DNA from: Escherichia phage phiC120
DNA length: 64,000 bases
Strand: one strand, 5' to 3'
Sequence record: KY703222
This document shows positions 9,715 through 18,154 of the stretch, in pieces; within the stretch, counting starts at the first letter, position 1; the number at the start of each line of letters is the position of its first letter. A model generated the notes under the pieces. The model did not search any database, had not been told where the DNA came from, and saw only the letters and a program-made list of their open reading frames with translations. A program made the translations under genes and the position numbers.

Positions 9715-9743
9715 ATCTTAACATATCTATCGAGGATGTAAAC
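9715..9743 (-). promoter_or_regulatory. Early-type promoter (GTTTAC -35) with imperfect anti-SD arm
   Basis: GTTTAC-N17-TAAGAT; spacer ATCCTCGATAG is complementary (9 of 11) to the downstream CTATAGAGGAA SD region. Confidence 0.45.
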
Positions 9744-9852
9744 TGTTTTATGAAAATATTTTTTGATTTGAGAGGGGCACAAGGAGATAGTGAAGTGAAG
9801 ATTCCAATGGATTATATTAGAAATGAGATAAAGAAGACCAGGCGGCACCTGG

Positions 9853-10176
9853 TCAATCTTCTATGATATCAGAGTCATATCCTAATGAAATCAAGGACTT
9901 TTTAAACTCTGCAATATTCTTTTGTTTCTTATCATTTAAAAATATGACAGGATAACGAATATTAAGTGAAGTGAATCCTGCACGTTTAGCAAGAGATACG
10001 ATTAAAGGACGGTCATATTCAATCTTACCATTATTAGTGAGGACTTTATAAAATGTATAAGGAGCATTGAGCTCCTTTAAAAGTTTTGTAACAGTATAAC
10101 ATCCTGGACAACGTCCAACTTCTTCAGGGATGCCATAAATTTCAATCTTGTTCTTTAAGTTCGAGTTTTGTTCCAC
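9853..10176 (-). CDS. nrdH: Glutaredoxin-like protein NrdH (start uncertain, possibly GTG)
   Basis: KIEIYGIPEEVGRCPGCYTV redox CxxC motif; no in-frame ATG near the expected start; GTG at 10176 preceded by AAGGA. Confidence 0.6.
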   Translation of the reverse strand: MEQNSNLKNKIEIYGIPEEVGRCPGCYTVTKLLKELNAPYTFYKVLTNNGKIEYDRPLIVSLAKRAGFTSLNIRYPVIFLNDKKQKNIAEFKKSLISLGYDSDIIED

Positions 10177-10459
10177 GAGAAATAATTCCTTGGTAAGCCC
10201 AATAAGGAGGATTAACAGAATCCTCACCAGAGTTTTCTTCAGGAAAATAAACCTGGATAACGAAGCCGGATTCATCAAAGGTAAAATAAACCGTAGGCAG
10301 TTCACCTAACAAATCGGCACGAGCGTTGATTTCTTCGAGGTCTTGTTCACGTCCAGCCCAGAAGCTTGGGTTCAGACTACATTCATAGAAATAATAGTCA
10401 TTACCGAACATATCAAAACCATTCCAACTCTCTACCACATACCGCTCAAAACTAATCAT
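10142..10459 (-). CDS. Hypothetical acidic protein
   Basis: 105-aa ORF overlapping the nrdH start. Confidence 0.45.
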   Translation of the reverse strand: MISFERYVVESWNGFDMFGNDYYFYECSLNPSFWAGREQDLEEINARADLLGELPTVYFTFDESGFVIQVYFPEENSGEDSVNPPYWAYQGIISRGTKLELKEQD

Positions 10460-10461
10460 AA

Positions 10462-10677
10462 TTAAGCCTTTTTATCAAGAACAGAATTCAGTTTATTAGT
10501 AATTTTGTCCAAACGTTCATTGAATTCGCTGGAGGATAAACCCTTTTCTGGAGAAATTAAACTAATCACGAAAAATACACCAGTAAAAGGAATAAGAAAA
10601 ATAGCTCCAACTGCCATAAACAAAAAGAACGTTACAGTTGTAAGAAAATCAGCTAAACCTTTACGAAATTTGTACAT
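10462..10677 (-). CDS. Small membrane protein
   Basis: 71 aa with hydrophobic segment TVTFFLFMAVGAIFLIPFTGVFFVISLI. Confidence 0.5.
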   Translation of the reverse strand: MYKFRKGLADFLTTVTFFLFMAVGAIFLIPFTGVFFVISLISPEKGLSSSEFNERLDKITNKLNSVLDKKA

Positions 10678-10787
10678 ATTTACCCTTAATTAACTAAGCA
10701 TTGATAATCATTAAACTATATTGCGAATAAAATTCTGGACCAAAACGAAAAATCATATCATTTATAGTATCCATAATGTAATTCAAT

Positions 10788-11258
10788 TTAATCATGTTTC
10801 CACACCCCATCGGTATTTGACCAAAGACGCTGATTATCTGATCCTCGCCACAGTTTTTTGGTCGGAAGATTTTTCTCATACTTCCCATCAATAATAACAT
10901 CAACATATTTAAGCATTTCTAGTTGTTTAATATCTTCAAACTTATATCCTGTCCACAACCAAATGCTTTTATTAGGATAAAGATTTTTTACTGTTTGAGC
11001 AATGCGATGAATAACATCTCGGTTATCAGGATAGAGAGGGTCTCCTCCGGTTATAGTTAATCCTTCTATATAATCATTATTCAAACATTCAATCAATTGT
11101 TCTAGTGTTTCACCAGTGAATGGAATACCATTTCTAGCATTCCATGTTGATTTATTATAACACCCTTCGCATTTATGCAAACAACCTGTAACGAAAAGAA
11201 CGACCCTGCATCCAGGGCCATTCACAAAATCGCAAGGATAAAATCTATCATAATTCAT
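10788..11258 (-). CDS. nrdG: Anaerobic ribonucleotide reductase activating protein NrdG (radical SAM)
   Basis: 156 aa; cysteine-rich N-terminus FVNGPGCRVVLFVTGCLHKCEGCYN. Confidence 0.9.
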   Translation of the reverse strand: MNYDRFYPCDFVNGPGCRVVLFVTGCLHKCEGCYNKSTWNARNGIPFTGETLEQLIECLNNDYIEGLTITGGDPLYPDNRDVIHRIAQTVKNLYPNKSIWLWTGYKFEDIKQLEMLKYVDVIIDGKYEKNLPTKKLWRGSDNQRLWSNTDGVWKHD

Positions 11259-13072
11259 TGGTGTTTAACCCTATGCATGATTTCTTTATTTTTACCGAGA
11301 TTAAATCCGCGTTCGTTCGGATTTCCCAAATAACCGCATGTTCTTCTTATGGTGTTCATCTTTTTAGGATCAGTTTCTCCGCAAACTGAACAAACAAATC
11401 CGTTTTCAGTAGGAGTCATTTCATGGGTACTTCCACATGTAAAACATTTATCTACTGGCATATTAACACCAAAATAATCTAAATGTTGTGCAGCATAATC
11501 CCAGACGGCCTCAAGTCCCTTTAAATTGTTTTTCATATCTGGAAGTTCAACATAAGAAATGTGACCACCTGTCGCAATGAAATGATACGGCGCTTCACGA
11601 GAAATCTTTTCAAACGGAGTAATATTTTCTTCTACTGAAACGTGGAAACTATTAGTGTACCAGCCTTTATCGGTAACATCTTTTACGCTTCCATATTTTT
11701 CTGTATCAAGTTTACAGAAGCGATAACACAAGTTTTCAGCAGGAGTAGAATACAAGCTAAAAGCAAATCCAGTTCTTTCAGTCCACTGTTTAAGATGAGC
11801 ATTCATTTTAGTTAAAATTTCTTGCCCAATATCACGACCGACAAGAATATTCAATTCATGAATACCAATATATCCTAAAGACACTGAACTTCTACCGTTT
11901 TTAAATAACTCAATTATGTCGTCATCAGGTTTAAGACGAACACCGAATGCACCTTCTTGGTAAAGAATAGGAGCAACAGTCGCTTTAACTCCTTTTAAGG
12001 AACTAATTCTACACATCAAAGCTTCAAAACATAAATCCATTCGTTCATTGAATAATTCAACAAATTTCTGTTCGTTAAATTGCGTTCCAATATAAGAATC
12101 TAATGCGATACGAGGAAGATTCAGTGTTACAACACCGAGATTATTACGTCCATCAAGAATTTCATTACCAGTCGAATCTTTCCATACGCTCAAGAAACTA
12201 CGACAGCCCATTGGAGAAACAGGAATAGATGAGCCAGTGATAGCTTTATTATTCTTAACAGAAATAATGTCAGGATACATTCTTTTGCTTGCACACTCTA
12301 GAGCGAGTTGCTTAATATCATAGTTCGGATCGTCTTTATAAAGATTAACACCCTCTTCGACAAACATAACAAGTTTAGGGAAAATAGGAGTTATTCCATC
12401 ACGACCAAGTCCTTTAATCCGATTTTTCAGAATTGCTTTCTGAATCATTCGTTCAGTCCAATCAGTTCCAGTACCAAATGTAATTGTTACAAAAGGCGTT
12501 TGTCCGTTTGAACTAAAGAGAGTATTTACTTCATATTCATAAGCTTGAAATGCGTCATATACATCTTTTTCTGTTTTAGATTGAGCATAATTCAGAATGT
12601 CTGGTATTTGCCATTTTTCTGCATCTTCAACATGTTTAGCGTATGTACGTTTAACATAAGGAGAAAGAACTTTATCGACATTCGCAAATGTAGTTCCGCC
12701 GTACTGATGTGAAGCAACTTGTGCAGTAATTTGTGCCATAATTGCAGTAGCAACACCAATCGATTTAGGCGTTTCAATTTGAGCATTGCCTAATTTAAAT
12801 CCGTTCTCAAGCATCCCCTTTAAATCGACTAAACAGCAATTGGTAAACGGAAGAGCAGGAGAATAATCAATATCATGCATGTGAATGATTCCGCTTTCAT
12901 GCGCATTCATAATAAAAGACGGGACCATATTTTTGGCAATGTGTTTAGACACAATACCAGCCATAAGGTCCCGTTGAGTTGGAAAAACACGAGAATCTTT
13001 ATTAGCATTCTCGTTCAAAAGATCTTTATTAGTTTTATAAATTAATCCTTCAATTTCTTTTTCAATTTTCAT
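11255..13072 (-). CDS. nrdD: Anaerobic ribonucleoside-triphosphate reductase NrdD, uninterrupted
   Basis: 605 aa; C-terminal glycyl-radical region RRTCGYLG and zinc-ribbon cysteines CFTCGS...CSVCG; single continuous ORF. Confidence 0.93.
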   Translation of the reverse strand: MKIEKEIEGLIYKTNKDLLNENANKDSRVFPTQRDLMAGIVSKHIAKNMVPSFIMNAHESGIIHMHDIDYSPALPFTNCCLVDLKGMLENGFKLGNAQIETPKSIGVATAIMAQITAQVASHQYGGTTFANVDKVLSPYVKRTYAKHVEDAEKWQIPDILNYAQSKTEKDVYDAFQAYEYEVNTLFSSNGQTPFVTITFGTGTDWTERMIQKAILKNRIKGLGRDGITPIFPKLVMFVEEGVNLYKDDPNYDIKQLALECASKRMYPDIISVKNNKAITGSSIPVSPMGCRSFLSVWKDSTGNEILDGRNNLGVVTLNLPRIALDSYIGTQFNEQKFVELFNERMDLCFEALMCRISSLKGVKATVAPILYQEGAFGVRLKPDDDIIELFKNGRSSVSLGYIGIHELNILVGRDIGQEILTKMNAHLKQWTERTGFAFSLYSTPAENLCYRFCKLDTEKYGSVKDVTDKGWYTNSFHVSVEENITPFEKISREAPYHFIATGGHISYVELPDMKNNLKGLEAVWDYAAQHLDYFGVNMPVDKCFTCGSTHEMTPTENGFVCSVCGETDPKKMNTIRRTCGYLGNPNERGFNLGKNKEIMHRVKHQ

Positions 13073-13542
13073 TTTAAACTCTTTCTAAGCTGCTTTTTGA
13101 ATGAAGCTATTAATTGTGTTTTAGTATCAGATTCATTATATTCAAATCCTCTTTGAAGCATCTCGGACATCATTTCCTCTTTACCTAGTCTTGAGAACTC
13201 TTTAGTTTTGTCTGGAACAAAATTAGGATGGATATTATTATCAGAATAATCTTGTTTCAAATAAGCAAGAAGAGATTCAAGCCATTCGAGGTAGTCGACA
13301 TCACGACCTTTAAGACCAGAACGGTTGAACTTATGCTTCATTTGGCCTTCTGCTGCGTTGCACAGATTACAGAGTAATCCACGAACTCTACCGGCTTTTG
13401 GCCCGTTTAACTCGTGGTCGTGGTCAAGATGGTTACCTTGAACATCAGGGTCTAATTCACGGTGGCAAATAGGACACTTACCGTTCTGTGCATCATAAAA
13501 TTTTTGTTTTTCTTCTTTATATTTTGCGCCTGATAATAACAT
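13069..13542 (-). CDS. 49: Endonuclease VII (Holliday junction resolvase) gp49
   Basis: 157 aa; zinc-binding CPICHRELD...HLDHDHEL...CNLCN as in T4 endo VII. Confidence 0.9.
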   Translation of the reverse strand: MLLSGAKYKEEKQKFYDAQNGKCPICHRELDPDVQGNHLDHDHELNGPKAGRVRGLLCNLCNAAEGQMKHKFNRSGLKGRDVDYLEWLESLLAYLKQDYSDNNIHPNFVPDKTKEFSRLGKEEMMSEMLQRGFEYNESDTKTQLIASFKKQLRKSLK

Positions 13543-13548
13543 GATAAA

Positions 13549-13571
13549 CCCTTACCTTAAATAGATAAGGG
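13549..13571 (-). promoter_or_regulatory. RBS-sequestering hairpin upstream of gene 49
   Basis: Minus-strand arms CCCUUAUC / GGUAAGGG (8 bp with one G-U); the 3' arm holds the AAGG Shine-Dalgarno. Confidence 0.55.
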
Positions 13572-13572
13572 T

Positions 13573-13580
13573 ATTTATAA
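13573..13580 (-). promoter_or_regulatory. Late promoter TATAAATA for gene 49
   Basis: Minus-strand TATAAATA abutting the 5' arm of the hairpin that covers the gene 49 RBS. Confidence 0.65.
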
Positions 13581-13581
13581 T

Positions 13582-13761
13582 TTAATAAATGTTATAAAAG
13601 TCACGATGGAAACGTTTGTATTGACGAATCATTCTTTTAGTAGGACGTGTTACCGAAATGATTGAAGTCCTCATGTTCGGATTGTTTGGAGCACCAATTA
13701 TAACAAATTTCCAAGATTTTTGGCCGTTTGTTCTTTCGCCAAAAAATAATGCAGTTTTCAT
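13582..13761 (-). CDS. Small basic protein, paralogue of 14186..14356
   Basis: Hand translation MKTALFFGERTNGQKSWKFVIIGAPNNPNMRTSIISVTRPTKRMIRQYKRFHRDFYNIY (59 aa); shares C-terminal TRPTKR...KR.HR.FY with the 14186 ORF. Confidence 0.35.
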   Translation of the reverse strand: MKTALFFGERTNGQKSWKFVIIGAPNNPNMRTSIISVTRPTKRMIRQYKRFHRDFYNIY

Positions 13762-13770
13762 AATAAGCCC

Positions 13771-14184
13771 TTAACTTAAACGTCTTTCTAAATATTCAAT
13801 GTATTCCGCTGCGGCTTGCATCAGATTACCTTCATAACCGTCATTATTTTCTTGACCGGCTAATTTAGCTAAAGCATAAGAAATACGTTCACCTTCGAAT
13901 TCGCCAAGACCACCATCACAAACTACTTGGTCAATTTCTTCGAGTTCATCTATTGAATGGGATTCCCAGAAGCACCAAAGAGGAGTATCACGGTCATAGA
14001 TGCAAAGTTTCTCACCTGTGTTCAACATCACTTCGTTAATGCCATGGTCGCCATAACCATCTTCGGTAGTAGTACCAATTACCTTGATGATTGTGCCTTT
14101 CTTTAATTCAGGAAACTTGACTTGTAGTTCTTCATCTTCTTTAACAATCTTGAACCATTTACCGCGAGTTTCAGAAATATTCAT
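13771..14184 (-). CDS. Hypothetical protein (T4 pin-region position; start at internal Met)
   Basis: ORF 13771..14322; MNISETRGKW start chosen to avoid overlap with the upstream paralogue. Confidence 0.4.
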   Translation of the reverse strand: MNISETRGKWFKIVKEDEELQVKFPELKKGTIIKVIGTTTEDGYGDHGINEVMLNTGEKLCIYDRDTPLWCFWESHSIDELEEIDQVVCDGGLGEFEGERISYALAKLAGQENNDGYEGNLMQAAAEYIEYLERRLS

Positions 14185-14185
14185 A

Positions 14186-14356
14186 TCAATATTCTCTATA
14201 AAAGTTACGATGAGAACGTTTAGCTTTGCGAAGCTGACGTTTAGTAGGACGAACTGTAAATGGTTGTCCAGAGAAAAAATTCGGATCGGTTTTAATAAGC
14301 AAATACCAATCATGCTTGCCATTTTTTAATAAACGGTACAATAATTTAACTTGCAT
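14186..14356 (-). CDS. Small basic protein, paralogue of 13582..13761
   Basis: ORF 14186..14383; MQVKLLYRLLKNGKHDWYLLIKTDPNFFSGQPFTVRPTKRQLRKAKRSHRNFYREY. Confidence 0.35.
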   Translation of the reverse strand: MQVKLLYRLLKNGKHDWYLLIKTDPNFFSGQPFTVRPTKRQLRKAKRSHRNFYREY

Positions 14357-14484
14357 AATAATCTCTTCCCATCTCCATATCAATTAATTCATTTATTGAA
14401 GGTTCATCATAACATGGTTCTTCGTCGTTGTAAACCGTTTCGACGTCTGGCTCGACAGTCTCCCATCGAGCAGAATACCACGGT

Positions 14485-14841
14485 TTAACCCCGGAGTTTA
14501 TTGAGCTCTTCATAATCAATCCAGGATTCTAGCCCTGATGGCAGGTCACATTCAATGTTCCACAGAAGCTCTTCAATGGCTTGCAGGCGATTATATTCTT
14601 CAACGGTAATGGTAACCATTGGTTCAACCGGTTTTGCCTTTTTAACCATCATGTCATTCATCAGGACGTAAAGGTCATCACGAACGACAGTGTCGTTCCA
14701 TCCCCATGATTTGGCTTCGTAAGCTAATGATGAAGGGAGCACATTTAAAACTTCAATAATAGTTGGAGCATCAGGACCAAGTTCATTGGCACAAACTTCG
14801 TATACATCTTGGAAATCTTTAAGATTTAATGAATATGTCAT
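14485..14841 (-). CDS. Hypothetical protein
   Basis: 118-aa ORF; the 17 nt upstream of its ATG duplicate the 3' end of nrdC. Confidence 0.5.
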   Translation of the reverse strand: MTYSLNLKDFQDVYEVCANELGPDAPTIIEVLNVLPSSLAYEAKSWGWNDTVVRDDLYVLMNDMMVKKAKPVEPMVTITVEEYNRLQAIEELLWNIECDLPSGLESWIDYEELNKLRG

Positions 14842-14859
14842 TTAAAATATTCTCGCAGG

Positions 14860-15156
14860 TTATTGTTCTACCCATGCACAGGAAACTTCGAAGTCAGGAC
14901 CACCGTATTCCCAGTGGTATTCACCGACAGGAATAAAGTCGCCATGCTCATTTTCTTCATAGTCCTCAGGCTCAAGGCCAACGAATCGCCATTGGACACC
15001 GATGATTCTATTACCCATCATTACTCGAAATTCGCCCCATGGATTATCAATAGCATACTGAATATCGTTCTTAGCACGAGAGCACATTTCTTGATATAAC
15101 AAAGTTTCTAATTCGTCCTGGTCATAAGGGCCTGGGAAAGTTAAATCGATATTCAT
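14860..15156 (-). CDS. Hypothetical acidic protein
   Basis: 98-aa ORF; ATG overlaps the nrdC stop (ATGA). Confidence 0.5.
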   Translation of the reverse strand: MNIDLTFPGPYDQDELETLLYQEMCSRAKNDIQYAIDNPWGEFRVMMGNRIIGVQWRFVGLEPEDYEENEHGDFIPVGEYHWEYGGPDFEVSCAWVEQ

Positions 15157-15416
15157 TTAAAATATTCTCGCAGTTGGTCAAATCCACCAATGTGACTTCC
15201 GTCAGGAGCAAACACTTGAGGCATAGTCAATCCGACTTGTGATTCACGTCCAAGCTTAACCAGAAGCTCAGCAATTTTCTCATCGTCGAACACACCTTTT
15301 TCTGGCATAACATTAATGAATTCGAATGGTTGTTTTTTAACAGTCAGCAATCGTTTCGCATTATCACAATAAATGCATTTATGAATAGTAGAGTCATACC
15401 CGTACACTTTAAACAT
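15153..15416 (-). CDS. nrdC: Thioredoxin/glutaredoxin NrdC
   Basis: MFKVYGYDSTIHKCIYCDNAKRLLTVKKQPFEFINVMPEKGVFDDEKIAELL closely matches T4 NrdC; 87 aa from internal Met. Confidence 0.9.
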   Translation of the reverse strand: MFKVYGYDSTIHKCIYCDNAKRLLTVKKQPFEFINVMPEKGVFDDEKIAELLVKLGRESQVGLTMPQVFAPDGSHIGGFDQLREYFK

Positions 15417-15822
15417 TATTTTTCCTTTCATCGATTAAATATGCAATGCCAAATACAATACATGTAATAAAACCTGTGATACAGATAGAAACCAACAACA
15501 CTGTACCAAAGAACCAAATCAAGTTATCTTTAGTAGTTTGTTTGATATCCATCTCACGAATTTCTATAGCTATCGTATCACCTTTATTCAGAAGCGTATA
15601 AAACGACGGTGATACACGCCTGTCAAAAACTCGTCCTTGCTCATCTTTATAGACTGCAATAAATTCTAATTTAGAATATTTTCCTGTAGATTGGCCTGAG
15701 ATTAATTCCACTACCTCCACAGGAATTACTTTAGTTTCCATGTAAGTATTCTGGCTGTTCCAAATGAATGGAATAATAGCAAAAACTAAAGCTGCGATAA
15801 AACAACGAAGGCTATATCTCAT
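15409..15822 (-). CDS. Membrane protein (two predicted TM segments)
   Basis: 137 aa; hydrophobic N- and C-terminal segments. Confidence 0.5.
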   Translation of the reverse strand: MRYSLRCFIAALVFAIIPFIWNSQNTYMETKVIPVEVVELISGQSTGKYSKLEFIAVYKDEQGRVFDRRVSPSFYTLLNKGDTIAIEIREMDIKQTTKDNLIWFFGTVLLVSICITGFITCIVFGIAYLIDERKNNV

Positions 15823-16127
15823 TATAATGTTCTCTCAAATTTGTGGAAGCATTTACGGCATTTCAATTTCAAGTTATCAGTGGTCCAGTTAACCAGTTGG
15901 ACTTGGATAGTTCCACATTCCGGACATGGATGTTTTGCTGCCGATTTGGCAGCATTTTCACGTCGTTCAACCATTTTCATGATTTCGTTCCATGCCGGAG
16001 GAACGAACTCTTCTTCATCGTGGATATTATCTCGCTGAACAAATTCAATCTTTGAACTATCATCAATAAACTTAACCAAGCTGTTATTAGTGCTCATATC
16101 AATATCCTCTAAAAGACGTAGGTTCAT
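15822..16127 (-). CDS. Zinc-ribbon protein
   Basis: 101 aa; CPECG...CRKCFHKF. Confidence 0.5.
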   Translation of the reverse strand: MNLRLLEDIDMSTNNSLVKFIDDSSKIEFVQRDNIHDEEEFVPPAWNEIMKMVERRENAAKSAAKHPCPECGTIQVQLVNWTTDNLKLKCRKCFHKFERTL

Positions 16128-17077
16128 TATAACACCTCAATGGCATTTCGTAAACCATCCGCTTTCGCATTCAGAGCTTTTAACGATTTAGTTTGTTCTG
16201 CAATCTGGGCTTCGACTTCTTTCAGACGAGATTTGAGATATTCGCGTTCTTCTCTTAAGTTATCAACTTTTTCTGCTTTAGGTTCTTTAATAGGCTTAGG
16301 CTTATACTCGTTAGGGTTCTTCAACTTAATTTGAATGCGAGAACTGTATAACATTGAACCATTATCTTCGGTTTCATCATACATTTCTACCACGTCCATG
16401 ATTCTTAACATCATGCGAAGTTTATAAGACAGCGAACGAATGGTTTTGTTGCGCTTATTAATTTCTTCGGCTTTCATAGTACCGAGATTACGTGAGTAAT
16501 AATAAGGAACCTGGATATCAATTGATAACGACGCGGTGCCATTACCGGTTGGTTTGAATACTGCAGTAACCCAATCTTTAACATGAACTTTATTTGTACG
16601 ATCATCACCGCCTGTGAATAATTTACGTGAATGTTTAAAAAGCATATTCACTTGGTTATTGAATTCACAAGCAAATTTATCAGCAAATTTAGTTTCAGGA
16701 ATGGTAGATAACCAATCAGCCAAATGAGTCTTTTTAACATCATTAACAATAGTGAATTCAACCAAATCTGTTTTAGATGTCACAGATTTAATAAAGCTCG
16801 GTTTCATAAAGTTTTTAATGTTATCGCGAGCTACAGTAGAAGATAATAAACGAGAACGTTTAAACCATTGAAGCAGCGTCCCTAATGAATGAGAATACGC
16901 ATTTTGAGTATCTTTACAGATATGATTTTCTTGGCCTGTGTATGTACCAAAATCGCGAAGAATACCACTTACTACATCTCGGTGTGGAACATCAAATCCT
17001 AGTGCGCCAACAGCGCGCTGGGCGTGAACGTTAGCGATAAGTCCTGCAAAGTAATCAATGTAATGTGAACGTGTCAT
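16127..17077 (-). CDS. Hypothetical protein with C-terminal coiled coil
   Basis: 316-aa ORF; own early-type promoter upstream. Confidence 0.55.
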   Translation of the reverse strand: MTRSHYIDYFAGLIANVHAQRAVGALGFDVPHRDVVSGILRDFGTYTGQENHICKDTQNAYSHSLGTLLQWFKRSRLLSSTVARDNIKNFMKPSFIKSVTSKTDLVEFTIVNDVKKTHLADWLSTIPETKFADKFACEFNNQVNMLFKHSRKLFTGGDDRTNKVHVKDWVTAVFKPTGNGTASLSIDIQVPYYYSRNLGTMKAEEINKRNKTIRSLSYKLRMMLRIMDVVEMYDETEDNGSMLYSSRIQIKLKNPNEYKPKPIKEPKAEKVDNLREEREYLKSRLKEVEAQIAEQTKSLKALNAKADGLRNAIEVL

Positions 17078-17105
17078 AATATTTTCCTCTCGTTAAGATA
17101 GATTC

Positions 17106-17135
17106 ATTATACTCCAACCATCCTTGGTTGTAAAC
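17106..17135 (-). promoter_or_regulatory. Early-type promoter GTTTAC-N18-TATAAT
   Basis: Upstream of gene 16127..17077; sequence repeated at 18116..18145. Confidence 0.55.
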
Positions 17136-17139
17136 TATT

Positions 17140-18099
17140 TTATGATTTTAATGCATTCATTGCGTTAAAAAGTTTAGAATACTGCAACTGGAGATTCGTT
17201 ACAACACTTTGAGCATCACGAAGCTTAGCTTGTGCTTTGTCAAGTTCAACAGACAGTTGGTCTACAGTAGCCTTGATTTGATTGTAATGGTAATCTTCGG
17301 CCGGAATAAGGTCATTAGAAACATTTAGTTTTACTGCAGACAGTTTGCACACATTTGGCAAACCTTTAAACATTGATTTACCCGAAGTAGAATAAGCACT
17401 TAGGACTTCGGCCTGTTCAATTGGGGTCCCAGTAAGCGATGCTTCAAACAATGCATTTTCTTTTTTAAGATTTTGATAGTATTCAGAGTCTTTGTGCCAC
17501 CATGGCGCAGGAACCTTTTTACCAATAGATACACGAGCCTGGATAGCGATATGGCCCTTATTCTTGATAGGGTCGATAATATTAAGCTCACGAGAATAAA
17601 TTGCTTTAATCTGGTGAATATTATCACCTAACACTTCCAACGCTTGGTGGAATACACGAGCAACGTTATCATTCTTAGGTTTATACGTAAGAGTGAACTC
17701 GTTCTCACTGATAACCATGATTTCTAACTTATCATAAGTATATTTCAAATGTTTCATGTTAATTGCTTGAGGACGAATACGAGAAGCAATGGCCATCAGA
17801 TTGTTAAGGTTATTCCGGAACTGCTTAGCGAAATATTGTCCTTCACCGCCAATACAAAAATTACGAAGTTTCTGTTTGGCTAATAAACGGCTGAACTCGC
17901 CATTTTTAATGAACTCTTTAACTGGTGTGTTAGTAACGCATTCAAATTGAGTAAACTTACGAGAAGTAATCCCATAATATGAACAGACTTCCTCAATCTC
18001 TTCAGGAGTCTTTACAGGCATACGGATAGGATTAGGTCCTGGAGTATATGCGTTCGAGGTAAATTCTTTGATAAGTTCTTTACGTGTAATAAAAGCCAT
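17140..18099 (-). CDS. Hypothetical protein with C-terminal coiled coil
   Basis: 319-aa ORF; upstream repeat shared with the 16127 gene. Confidence 0.55.
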   Translation of the reverse strand: MAFITRKELIKEFTSNAYTPGPNPIRMPVKTPEEIEEVCSYYGITSRKFTQFECVTNTPVKEFIKNGEFSRLLAKQKLRNFCIGGEGQYFAKQFRNNLNNLMAIASRIRPQAINMKHLKYTYDKLEIMVISENEFTLTYKPKNDNVARVFHQALEVLGDNIHQIKAIYSRELNIIDPIKNKGHIAIQARVSIGKKVPAPWWHKDSEYYQNLKKENALFEASLTGTPIEQAEVLSAYSTSGKSMFKGLPNVCKLSAVKLNVSNDLIPAEDYHYNQIKATVDQLSVELDKAQAKLRDAQSVVTNLQLQYSKLFNAMNALKS

Positions 18100-18115
18100 T
18101 TTATATTCCTCATGT

Positions 18116-18145
18116 TGAAAAATTTATTATACTCCAACCATCCTT
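18116..18145 (-). promoter_or_regulatory. Early-type promoter ATGTAC-N18-TATAAT
   Basis: Upstream of gene 17140..18099; shares the block tatactccaaccatccttggttgta with 17106..17135. Confidence 0.5.
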
Positions 18146-18154
18146 GGTTGTACA

